Positions 1-7,632 of a DNA stretch of 33,245 bases are shown here, piece by piece (positions within the stretch are counted from its first letter, which is position 1; every line of letters starts with the position of its first letter). Location: positions 1 to 33,245 of the forward strand of contig DATGDE010000149.1 of NCBI GenBank assembly GCA_035311125.1, read 5' to 3'. Both the position numbers and the translations under genes were made by a program. Source of the DNA: Gemmatimonadales bacterium (GTDB lineage: Bacteria; Gemmatimonadota; Gemmatimonadetes; Gemmatimonadales; GWC2-71-9). Below the pieces are notes generated by a model. The model saw nothing but the letters and a program-made list of their open reading frames with translations, was not told the origin of the DNA and ran no database searches.

Positions 1-36
1 GGAGCGGGCGCGGGAATCAAGCGTTCGGGGTCATGG

Positions 37-1149
37 TCACCCGGCGAGCACCGGCTCGAATTCGAGCGGTATGGGCCCTGTCGCTCCGGTCTCGTGCGGC
101 TGCCGGTAGACGAACGTCTTCCCGGCGTAGTTGCGCAACACCACCTTGTCATCGTCGATGGACTGGACGTACTCGGGCAGCAGGGGAATCTTGCCGCCGC
201 CGCCGGGGGCGTCGATCACGTAATGGGGCACGGCCAGTCCGCTGGTCCATCCCCGGAGCGCCTGGACGATCTCGAGGCCCTTCTCGACGGACGTGCGGAA
301 GTGCTCCGCTCCGGCGACCTGGTCGGCCTGGTAGATGTAGTAGGGCCGCACGCGCGCGGCGAGCAGTTTCTGCATCAGGCACTTCATCACCGCCGGATCG
401 TCGTTGATCCCCTTCAGCAGCACCGTCTGGCACCCCAGGGGAATCCCGGCGTCGGCCAGCATACCCAGTCCCCTGACGGCCGCGGGCGTCAGCTCGTCGG
501 GGTGGTTGAAGTGGGTGTTGATGTAGAGCGGGTGGTGCTGCCTCAGGATCGCGCACAGCTCGGGCGTGATGCGCTCCGGCAGGTGACAGGGGACGCGGCT
601 GCCGATGCGGAGGATCTCGAGGTGCGGGATGGCCCGCAGCCGGCCGCAGATTTCGTCCAGGCGCCGGTCGGACAGCATGAGCGGATCGCCGCCCGACATG
701 ATGACGTCGCGGATCTCGGTGTGCTCGGCCAGGTACTGGAAGGCCGATTCGAGCTGCGCCATCGGGATCTTCTCGGGATCGCCCACCTTGCGGCGCCGCG
801 TGCAGAAGCGGCAGTACGAGGCGCACACCGGCGAGACGAGGAACAGGGCCCGGTCGGGATAGCGATGCGTGATGTTGGGGACGGGGGAGTGGGCGTCCTC
901 GGCGAGCGAGTCCACGATGCCGTCCTCGATCTCGAGCTCCTGGACGGTGGGAACGTACTGGCGCCAGATGGGGTCGCCCGGCTCGCGGATCAGGTCCACC
1001 ATGGCGGGCGAGATGCGGAACTCGAAGTTCTCCGCCGCCTCCTTGAGGCGCTCGATGTCGCCCACGTGCTCGGGCCCGAACCGCTCCGCCAGGGCCTCGA
1101 GCGAGGCGATGCTGCGCTTACGAAGCAGCTCCTGCCAGGTCATGTCCAT
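37..1149 (-). CDS. kamA: L-lysine 2,3-aminomutase (radical SAM / PLP enzyme, KamA-AblA family)
   Basis: 370-aa ORF. Radical SAM CxxxCxxC present as CASYCRFCTRRR. Also SGGDPLML, PYYIYQADQVAGAEHFR and YVIDAPGGGGKIP (PLP-lysine motif). The two Asp positions linked to binding the lysine epsilon-amino group (QAD, VID) appear retained. Confidence 0.9.
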   Translation of the reverse strand: MDMTWQELLRKRSIASLEALAERFGPEHVGDIERLKEAAENFEFRISPAMVDLIREPGDPIWRQYVPTVQELEIEDGIVDSLAEDAHSPVPNITHRYPDRALFLVSPVCASYCRFCTRRRKVGDPEKIPMAQLESAFQYLAEHTEIRDVIMSGGDPLMLSDRRLDEICGRLRAIPHLEILRIGSRVPCHLPERITPELCAILRQHHPLYINTHFNHPDELTPAAVRGLGMLADAGIPLGCQTVLLKGINDDPAVMKCLMQKLLAARVRPYYIYQADQVAGAEHFRTSVEKGLEIVQALRGWTSGLAVPHYVIDAPGGGGKIPLLPEYVQSIDDDKVVLRNYAGKTFVYRQPHETGATGPIPLEFEPVLAG

Positions 1150-1621
1150 GCGTCAAGTCCTTCGTGTAGATCACCAGGTCGTCGCCGGGCGCGTAATAGC
1201 CCGGAATGGTGGCGGTCTTGGCGTAGCCACGGGCCTCGTAGAAAGCCCGCGTCGGCACATAGTCCGTCCGTGAGGACGTTTCCACGACGATCAGCCGGCC
1301 GCCGTCGGCCCTGAGCCTGCGCTCCACCGCTTCCAGGAGCCGGGTGCCGATCCCCTGGCCGTGCCGCGCCCGGTCCACCGCGATCCAGTACAGGTCCCAG
1401 GTGCCCGCCGTGTCCGGCGTCGGTCCCCAGCAGGCGTAGCCGATCAGCTCGGGGCCGTCGAACGCTCCCAGGAAGCGATAGTCGTCATCGCCGGCCAGCG
1501 CCTCGTCCAGCAGCTCGACCGCCGTCGCGACCTCGGCCTCGCGAAACAGGCCGGTATCGCGCACCAGCGTCTCAAGGCGTGCGCGGTGCGCGCGTTCGAC
1601 GGGACGGAGCGAGCAGCTCAC
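1118..1621 (-). CDS. GNAT family N-acetyltransferase (candidate beta-lysine or peptide acetyltransferase)
   Basis: 167-aa ORF with a GNAT acetyl-CoA motif (WIAVDRARHGQGIGTRLL). It overlaps the kamA start by 32 nt and the upstream ATP-grasp stop by 50 nt. Confidence 0.8.
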   Translation of the reverse strand: MSCSLRPVERAHRARLETLVRDTGLFREAEVATAVELLDEALAGDDDYRFLGAFDGPELIGYACWGPTPDTAGTWDLYWIAVDRARHGQGIGTRLLEAVERRLRADGGRLIVVETSSRTDYVPTRAFYEARGYAKTATIPGYYAPGDDLVIYTKDLTHGHDLAGAAS

Positions 1622-2591
1622 GCGCGGCCTTGGCGCCCTGGGCTTCGCGCAGCGCCACTTCGGCGATGCGGCGGATCAGCTCGGGGTAGTCCCACCCCGC
1701 CGCGGCCGCCATGCGTGACAACCCGGCGTCGTCGTTCAGGTCGGGATTGGGGTTGACCTCGAGCACCCAGGGACGGCCCGTATCGTCCACCCGCAGATCC
1801 ACCCGGCCGTACCCCTTGCCCTGCATCGTGCGCCAGGCGAGGTCGGCCACGCGCGTCAGGCGATCGGCGAGGCGCTGCGACACGGGCGCCGGGCAGACCG
1901 GAACGCTCCCCAGATCCTCCGCCGATCCGGTGTGCCACTTGGCGGCATACGTGAGGATCGGCCAACTCCCTTCGGGCATGCCGGTGAAGTCGATCTCGGC
2001 GACCGGCAGAATGCGGCTGCCCACGAAGCCGACGTTGAACTCGCGACCGGGGACGTACTGCTGGACCAGCACTTCGTCGAACTGCTCGGTCATGGCGGCG
2101 ATCTTGGCGCGCAGCGCCTTGCGTTCGGTGACGACCGAACCCCGGTCGAGCCCGGCGCTCGCGTCTTCGGCGGCGGGTTTCACGATCGCCGGGAGCGGGA
2201 AGGCGTCGTCGATCTTGCCCTGCGCGATGGTCCAGGGCGGGATCGGAACGCCGGCCTGAGACAGGATCGCATTCGCGGTCGCCTTGCGGCGACAGGCGGC
2301 GATCGTCCACGGGCCGCATCCCGTCACCGGGACGCCGGCGAATTCGAGCGCCGCCACCACGTGCTCCTCCCATTGGGAGAAGCCGTGGACCCCCTCGCAC
2401 AGGTTGAACACCAGGTCGGAGCGCCGCGCCTCGGAGAACCAGCGCATGTCGTGCCGCACGGGGAGCTTCCGGGCCGTATGCCCCATCGCTGCGAAGATGC
2501 GATCGATTTCGTTGACGGCCCTCATCACCCCGGCGATATCCTCGGCCGTCCAGTCTTCGGCGCCGGGGTCGTAGAGGATGGATACCCTCAC
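1572..2591 (-). CDS. ATP-grasp ligase, D-alanine--D-alanine ligase-like (paralog B)
   Basis: Lies in the frame of track ORF 1572..3167. The upstream part of that ORF is R/P/G-rich junk. I place the start at GTG 2591, giving (M)RVSILYDPG..., which overlaps the TGA of the preceding gene (GTGA). Product is 339 aa. Motifs: LPAIVKPAAEDASAG, REFNVGFVG, GYGRVDLRVDDTGRPWVLEVNPNPDL. Confidence 0.8.
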   Translation of the reverse strand: MRVSILYDPGAEDWTAEDIAGVMRAVNEIDRIFAAMGHTARKLPVRHDMRWFSEARRSDLVFNLCEGVHGFSQWEEHVVAALEFAGVPVTGCGPWTIAACRRKATANAILSQAGVPIPPWTIAQGKIDDAFPLPAIVKPAAEDASAGLDRGSVVTERKALRAKIAAMTEQFDEVLVQQYVPGREFNVGFVGSRILPVAEIDFTGMPEGSWPILTYAAKWHTGSAEDLGSVPVCPAPVSQRLADRLTRVADLAWRTMQGKGYGRVDLRVDDTGRPWVLEVNPNPDLNDDAGLSRMAAAAGWDYPELIRRIAEVALREAQGAKAARELLAPSRRTRAPRTP

Positions 2592-3658
2592 GCCGTGGCC
2601 CCGGCCCGCAACCCGGCCGCTGCCGGCAGCATGATCTCCCGCCCGGTCACCCGCTTCCAGGCGATCCGGACGACTTCCTGAATCAGCTCGTCGTAGGCGA
2701 ACCCGGCGGCCCGCGCCGCCTTGGGGAAGCAGCTGTTCATCCGCGGGTCGGGAAGGATTCCCGGCAGGGGGTTGAGCTCCACGACGTTGGGAACGCCCGC
2801 CTCGTCGACCCGGACATCGATGCGGCACCAGTCGCGGCAGCCTAGCGCCTGGTAGGCGTCGAGGGCGACGATCTCGATGTGGCGGTAGAGCTTCTCGGGG
2901 ATCCGGGCCGGGCACTCGAAGATGTCGAGCTGGTGCTCGGCGGTGTCCCAGATCCACTTGGCTTCGAAGCCGTAGACCGGCGTCGCGCCGGGCGGCAGGG
3001 TCGAGAAATCGAACCCCACGATCGGCAGGCAGTAGGCGTCGTCCCCGTTGCCGATGATGGCCACGGTGAACTCGGGACCGGGGAGATAGGTCTCGACCAG
3101 CACCGGCTGCCTGTAGGTCTCTAAGAGGAAAGAGACGCGCTCCCGCAGCTGCGCGCGGTGATGGCATAAGTTATTGGCGAATATGCCCTTACCTGACCCC
3201 TCCGCGACCGGTTTGGCGAACAGCGGATACGGCAGCCGCACCCGGGCCAGGTCCACCAGGTCCGTCACCACCGCGAAGCGGGCCGTCGGGACGTCGTGGA
3301 AGGACAGGATCTCCTTCGCGCGCGCCTTGTTCAGCGACAGCGACAGCGTGAGCGGGTCACTCGCCGTGTACGGGACGTTCAGGTACTCGCAAATCGCGGG
3401 GACGTGCGCTTCGCGATTCTGCCCGTAGAGGCCTTCGGCCATGTTGAAGACGAGCTGCACGCGGGCGCGGGCGAGCTTTTGTGGAAACGTGGCGTCGGCG
3501 TGGAGGCGGATGACGCTGCCGAAGAGACCGAGAGCCTGCTCCACCGCATCGATGGTGGATGGCTCGTCCCACTCGGCGTAGACGTCGCTGTGACGACTCG
3601 AGTCGTTGGCGGTGGTGTCGGGGTCGGGTTTCTGATTGTACGCGAGACCGATACGCAT
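2588..3658 (-). CDS. ATP-grasp ligase, D-alanine--D-alanine ligase-like (paralog A)
   Basis: 356-aa ORF starting MRIGLAYNQK. Motifs: PLFAKPVAEGSGKGI, PEFTVAIIGNG, CRDWCRIDVRVDEAGVPNVVELNPLPGI. AAGGAGG lies 14 nt upstream of the ATG. Confidence 0.85.
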   Translation of the reverse strand: MRIGLAYNQKPDPDTTANDSSRHSDVYAEWDEPSTIDAVEQALGLFGSVIRLHADATFPQKLARARVQLVFNMAEGLYGQNREAHVPAICEYLNVPYTASDPLTLSLSLNKARAKEILSFHDVPTARFAVVTDLVDLARVRLPYPLFAKPVAEGSGKGIFANNLCHHRAQLRERVSFLLETYRQPVLVETYLPGPEFTVAIIGNGDDAYCLPIVGFDFSTLPPGATPVYGFEAKWIWDTAEHQLDIFECPARIPEKLYRHIEIVALDAYQALGCRDWCRIDVRVDEAGVPNVVELNPLPGILPDPRMNSCFPKAARAAGFAYDELIQEVVRIAWKRVTGREIMLPAAAGLRAGATA

Positions 3659-3681
3659 GTGGTCTCGGGTGACCTCCTTAC

Positions 3682-3710
3682 AAAAAAGGGGCCGTTCGGC
3701 GAACGGTCCG
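3682..3710 (-). terminator. Intrinsic-terminator-like hairpin plus U6 in the leader of the ATP-grasp/GNAT/kamA operon (possible attenuator)
   Basis: Minus-strand RNA reads GGACCGUUC-GCC-GAACGGCCCC followed by UUUUUUG. The stem is 6 bp, an A/C mismatch, then 2 bp. The SD AAGGAGG (3673-3679) follows immediately. Confidence 0.4.
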
Positions 3711-3738
3711 TGGATCGCTAACTGCTTGTGCCTGTGAA

Positions 3739-3767
3739 TGAATATGACAAGACGACGAGATATGCAA
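3739..3767 (-). promoter_or_regulatory. Putative sigma70-like promoter in an AT-rich island
   Basis: Minus strand reads TTGCAT (3767-3762), a 17-nt spacer, then TATTCA (3744-3739). The segment 3733-3770 is conspicuously AT-rich in a very GC-rich window. Confidence 0.25.
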
Positions 3768-3781
3768 TAGGCAGGAGGCGA

Positions 3782-3898
3782 GTTGTCGGTTGTCGGTGAT
3801 CAGTGGTCGACGGTCTGGATCTCGCGAGCGAGTCCGGCACAACGAGTCAGCTTCGTCATCAGCGACTACTGATCACCGACCACTGACCACCGATCACG
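3782..3898. repeat. Intergenic palindrome with heptamer-periodic arms (unit GTRRTCR)
   Basis: Left arm: GTTGTCG GTTGTCG GTGATCA GTGGTCG (ACGGTCT). Right arm: GACTACT GATCACC GACCACT GACCACC GATCACG, the reverse complement of the same unit. A 13-nt perfect complement pairs 3792-3804 with 3868-3880. Confidence 0.75.
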
Positions 3899-3902
3899 TC
3901 GT

Positions 3903-4655
3903 TCACACCTTGTGATACGCGACGCGTGCCGACTCCACCCCATCGTCCGCGGAGTAAATCTCGAAGTCGGAGAAGAACGCCGGCGCCTCCCGCTGCAATA
4001 CCCGCAACGCGGCGATCGCCATGCGACGGATCTCGAGCTCCGCGCCTTCGCCGCAGCGCAGCTCGAGCATGGTGCGCCAGGCGCGCGCGTTGGCGGAGAC
4101 GACGATCTTCGTCTCGGTAGCGTTGGGCAGCACGCTGCGCGCCGCTTCGCGCGCCATCTTGCGCCGGTGCACCTTGTCGCTCACCCACTCGTAGCGCTTC
4201 ATCAACGCTTCGACCGCGCGCACGTACGCCTCCTGCGCCGCGGTCACCTGGCGCTCCCACTCCGCCTCCAGCGCCGTGTCGCCCTGGATCGCGGGCGGCA
4301 GCACGAACGCGGCATGGGATTCGTCCACGTAGCGTTGCGACAGCTGCGAGTAACCGAACCCCGCACGGTGCCGCACCAGCTCGTGCGAGCAGGACCGGCT
4401 GATCCCCTCGATCAACAGGACGTAGACGGCGTGCTCCAGCACCGATCCGTGACCCTGCTTCTTGATGTTGTCGAGATACTCCGGGGTGGGACGCTGCGCC
4501 GGGTTGTGCTGGCTCATGTAGCAGATGCGTCCGGCGAACTCGGCGAGCCGCTCGCCGCCGGTCGCCTCCCCCTGCCATTGCACGGCGAGATGCGCCGGCT
4601 CGAGGAACTCGGGGCGGGCGATGAGGGTGATGCGGGGGGCGCGGAAGATTTCCAT
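3903..4655 (-). CDS. thyX: FAD-dependent thymidylate synthase
   Basis: 250-aa ORF with the ThyX signature RHRxxxxSQxSQRY (VRHRAGFGYSQLSQRY). Confidence 0.9.
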   Translation of the reverse strand: MEIFRAPRITLIARPEFLEPAHLAVQWQGEATGGERLAEFAGRICYMSQHNPAQRPTPEYLDNIKKQGHGSVLEHAVYVLLIEGISRSCSHELVRHRAGFGYSQLSQRYVDESHAAFVLPPAIQGDTALEAEWERQVTAAQEAYVRAVEALMKRYEWVSDKVHRRKMAREAARSVLPNATETKIVVSANARAWRTMLELRCGEGAELEIRRMAIAALRVLQREAPAFFSDFEIYSADDGVESARVAYHKV

Positions 4656-4683
4656 GCAGATGTCGGGTGCCAGGGGTCCGGTG

Positions 4684-6246
4684 TCAGGGTTGCCGGGTCA
4701 GCTCCAGCTTCGGCGTACTCCAGGCGGCGTTGCGCTCGAGCGCGCGCAGCCGGGTGGCGATGTCCGCGGGGATTCGTGCGGCGTCATCCCCGACCTTCAA
4801 GTCAGCGAGCGGCGTCCAATCGGGCGCGGGGAGTATAACACCGGGATTGAAGATGGACTTGGGGTCGTAGACCGCCTTGAGGTCCCGGAAGCGGCTCATC
4901 AGCTCGGGGCCGAAGAATCGCTCGAGCACGCCGGCGCGCAGCCGGCCGTCGCCGTGCTCGCCGCTCGGCGTGCCGCCCAGGTCGCGCAGCAGGTCCAGCA
5001 CGTCGGCGTAGAGTGCGTGCAGCGCCTCCCGCCATCCGGCTGCGCTCAGATCCGGCAGGGCGTTCACGTGCACGTGCCCGTCCCCCGCATGGCCGAACAT
5101 CGCGACCGGGATCTCGTGACGCGCCGCAGCGGCCCGCAGCCCCGCGACGTACTCGGCCAGACCGACGAGCGGTACGCAGCCGTCTTCGACGACCTGGAGG
5201 GAGCGGCGCGTCTCGGGGAGCCGGGCCAGCACCGGACTCGCCAGCCTCCGGACTCCCCAGAGACGCTCCAACCCGGCCCGGTCGATCGCGGTCTCGGCCT
5301 GGAGGATCAGGTCCTTCAGTCCGCGGACTGCGTCTCCTACCGCGCCACGGGCGGCCGCCTCCGTCTCGCGCTCGAACTCGACCAGCAGCAGTGCATCCGT
5401 CCCGGGCGGCACCTCACCCCCGCCCGCGACGACGAAATCCAGCAGGGTGCGGTCCAGCAGCTCGACCGCCGAGGGGTCGAGGGTGACGAGGTAGCTCGCG
5501 GCGGCGCCGAGGCTGTCCGGGCCGTCCAGGGCCAACGCCGCGCCGGCCGCCGCGGGAGGAATCGGGTCGAGGCGCCACTCGACGGCCGTCACAAAGCCCA
5601 GGGTCCCTTCGGCGCCGATGAACAGATCCAGCTCATCGCCCGAAGCCGCGAAGGCGTCCAGCGCGTAGCCCGACGAGTTCTTGCCGGTGCGCGGGAAGCG
5701 CTCTTCGACGAGGCGGCGGGTATCGAGGCTCAGGTGCCAGGGCCCCGCGCCGCCCCCACGGCGGACGCTGCGCACCGCGCCGTCCGCGCCGACGATCTCG
5801 ATGCTCTCGACCCAGCGGCGGACGCTGCCGTAGCGCACCGTGCGCGGGCCCGACGCGTTCGTGGCGACCATGCCGCCCGAAGTGGCGAAGGCGCCGGAGG
5901 AGGGATCGGGAGGAAGCCGCAGCCCGTGAGGACGGGCGGCGTCGTTCACCTCGGCCCAGGTGACGCCGGCGCCGGCGCGCGCGATGCGGCGGACGGGATC
6001 CACCTCCAGGGCGCGGAACCCTCGCGAGCAGTCCACGATGGTGCCGCGGCCGATGTTGCCGCCGGGCATCCCGCTGCCCGCGCCGCGCGGGATGAGGGGC
6101 GCGCCCCGACGCTCGGAGTCGCGCACCAGCTGCACCACTTCATCGGTGTTGCGGGGAATCGTTACCGCTGCGGGGAGGATGCGGTAAATGCCGGCGCCTT
6201 CGGAGTACGCGGAGCGGGTACGGAGGTCATGAAAGGAGGTGCCCAC
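4684..6246 (-). CDS. FAD-linked oxidase / FAD-binding dehydrogenase (GlcD / D-lactate dehydrogenase-like)
   Basis: 520-aa ORF. The N-terminus is PCMH-type FAD-binding (IPRGAGSGMPGGNIG). The C-terminal FAD-oxidase domain contains GEHGDGRLR. Confidence 0.8.
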   Translation of the reverse strand: MGTSFHDLRTRSAYSEGAGIYRILPAAVTIPRNTDEVVQLVRDSERRGAPLIPRGAGSGMPGGNIGRGTIVDCSRGFRALEVDPVRRIARAGAGVTWAEVNDAARPHGLRLPPDPSSGAFATSGGMVATNASGPRTVRYGSVRRWVESIEIVGADGAVRSVRRGGGAGPWHLSLDTRRLVEERFPRTGKNSSGYALDAFAASGDELDLFIGAEGTLGFVTAVEWRLDPIPPAAAGAALALDGPDSLGAAASYLVTLDPSAVELLDRTLLDFVVAGGGEVPPGTDALLLVEFERETEAAARGAVGDAVRGLKDLILQAETAIDRAGLERLWGVRRLASPVLARLPETRRSLQVVEDGCVPLVGLAEYVAGLRAAAARHEIPVAMFGHAGDGHVHVNALPDLSAAGWREALHALYADVLDLLRDLGGTPSGEHGDGRLRAGVLERFFGPELMSRFRDLKAVYDPKSIFNPGVILPAPDWTPLADLKVGDDAARIPADIATRLRALERNAAWSTPKLELTRQP

Positions 6247-6292
6247 GGCTCGAGAAGAATAGCACGACTTCCGGCTCCGGGCTCCTGCAGAT

Positions 6293-7084
6293 TCACGCGA
6301 CGGGCGGCCATTGCCACGCCGTCCGCTGTCCCGCGGTCAACCACTGCAGTCGGCGCGAGAGGCCGGCAGCCGCGAATGCACCCTCGATGTCCTGCCGGGA
6401 TTCGGAGAAGTGCTCCCAGCCTTCGTAGTGCACCGGCACGATGGGCGCCGGGCCGAACGCTCGCGCCGCCTCGACCCCTTCCGCGGCCGTCAGCGTGAGC
6501 GGCTGGTCACCGGCCGCGCGCACTTTCGCGGCCCCGAAAAACAGGACCGCGGCAGCGATGGAGAAGCGCTGCGCGACCTCTTGAACGCCATCGTACCACA
6601 CGGTATCACCCGACACGTAGATGGCATGCCGCGGTGGCGGTTCGTCGTCCCAGCGCAGCACGAAACCGATCACGGGACCGCGGTCGCCCTGGGCTGGTCC
6701 GTGGCGTGCCGGGGTGGCGACGACGCGCAGCACGCGGCCATCGGGCCCCGTCAGCTGGAATGCATCCCACGGCGCCAGGCCGTGGGCTCCCGCGCCGAGT
6801 CGCTCGGCAGCGGCGGTGGTCGTGAGCGTTCTCCCGAGGCTGCTCAGGAGGTCGCGTCCGGCACGATCGAGGTTGTCGAAGTGATGGTCGTGACTCAGCA
6901 GCACGGCGTCTACCCGCCCCAGCTGCTGCGGCGCCATCGCCGGGCTCTGCGTCTTGTGGAGGGTGTAGCTCGGCGTCGGATACGCGCTGCCCGCGGGATC
7001 GAAGGTGGGATCCGTGAGCAGCCGCAGCCCGTTCCACTCGATCAGCAGCGTAGGGCCGCCGATATAGGTCAGGTGGAGACTCAA
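6293..7084 (-). CDS. MBL-fold metallo-hydrolase
   Basis: 263-aa ORF with an HxHxDH-type motif (LLSHDHHFDNLD). Confidence 0.75.
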   Translation of the reverse strand: MSLHLTYIGGPTLLIEWNGLRLLTDPTFDPAGSAYPTPSYTLHKTQSPAMAPQQLGRVDAVLLSHDHHFDNLDRAGRDLLSSLGRTLTTTAAAERLGAGAHGLAPWDAFQLTGPDGRVLRVVATPARHGPAQGDRGPVIGFVLRWDDEPPPRHAIYVSGDTVWYDGVQEVAQRFSIAAAVLFFGAAKVRAAGDQPLTLTAAEGVEAARAFGPAPIVPVHYEGWEHFSESRQDIEGAFAAAGLSRRLQWLTAGQRTAWQWPPVA

Positions 7085-7091
7085 GAACCGC

Positions 7092-7568
7092 TCAGGTCCC
7101 GAACTTCTGCTTCAGCGCATCGATCAGCTGTTGAGTGATGCGGTACCCCTCCGACCCCTGCGGCACGATTTCCTCGAGATCCCGTTCGGGGCGCGACGGG
7201 TCGAGCATCGGGCGGTACACCGCCTCGACGGTGAGCTGGGTCTTGCCGGGAATGTTGGGATCGGCCCAGCAGCGGATCTTCACCGTGGAGAGGAGGTCGC
7301 CCGGATCGGCGTCGCCGAACACCGAGGCGTGGGTGCGCAGGTTGTACCACGCGGTCTCCACGTACCCGTCCTGCGGACTCGACCACTGTGCCTGCAGGCC
7401 CTGGCTCGTGAGCCACCCCACCGCTTCGGGAACGACGCGGGCCGCGGGCGCGTCGAGCACGATGACGAGCGCCTGCGGGTAGGGAAGGAAGGGCGGCCGG
7501 GTGGTGACGGGGGAGCAGGCGGCAAGGAGAAGGCCAAATGCGGATCTGAAGGGTCGGGCACGGGCCAT
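7092..7568 (-). CDS. Putative lipoprotein, function unknown
   Basis: Lies in the frame of track ORF 7092..7802, but the first 78 codons are R/T-rich junk. An internal ATG at 7568 gives MARARPFRSAFGLLLAAC SP, a signal peptide with a lipobox. Product is 158 aa. Confidence 0.6.
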   Translation of the reverse strand: MARARPFRSAFGLLLAACSPVTTRPPFLPYPQALVIVLDAPAARVVPEAVGWLTSQGLQAQWSSPQDGYVETAWYNLRTHASVFGDADPGDLLSTVKIRCWADPNIPGKTQLTVEAVYRPMLDPSRPERDLEEIVPQGSEGYRITQQLIDALKQKFGT

Positions 7569-7632
7569 CAGCTTGGCAGCGGCACTCCCACGGCGAATCC
7601 GCAATTCGCTTCCCGCAATCCGCAACGGCATG

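Noticed and set aside
1572-3167. N-terminal extensions of track ORFs 1572..3167, 7092..7802, 8246..9172, 10824..12401, 12095..14326, 18319..19017, 18812..19783, 21544..22485, 22487..23233, 24540..26498, 25901..26416 and 26338..27144.
   Set aside because: The extended parts overlap the upstream gene, are R/P-rich and lack homology-like motifs. Internal starts coincide with stop-codon overlaps (ATGA/GTGA/TTGA), SD sequences or signal peptides, and they give family-typical lengths.
3659-3780. L-box lysine riboswitch upstream of the beta-lysine operon.
   Set aside because: The leader between the promoter-like hexamers and the SD is only about 80 nt. That is far shorter than an L-box, and I see none of its conserved helices. 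It is kept only as a generic attenuator hypothesis.
4525-6498. Long antisense or off-frame ORFs. Examples: 4525..6498 (+) 657 aa, 13423..15483 (+) 686 aa, 27620..29596 (-) 658 aa, 28462..30150 (+) 562 aa, 10803..12248 (+), 16612..18156 (+), 17024..18253 (-), 8216..9319 (+).
   Set aside because: Their translations are dominated by R/P/G/A runs with no recognisable motifs. Each lies opposite or out of frame to an ORF with clear family motifs and high GC3. This is the typical stop-codon-poor artefact of very GC-rich DNA.
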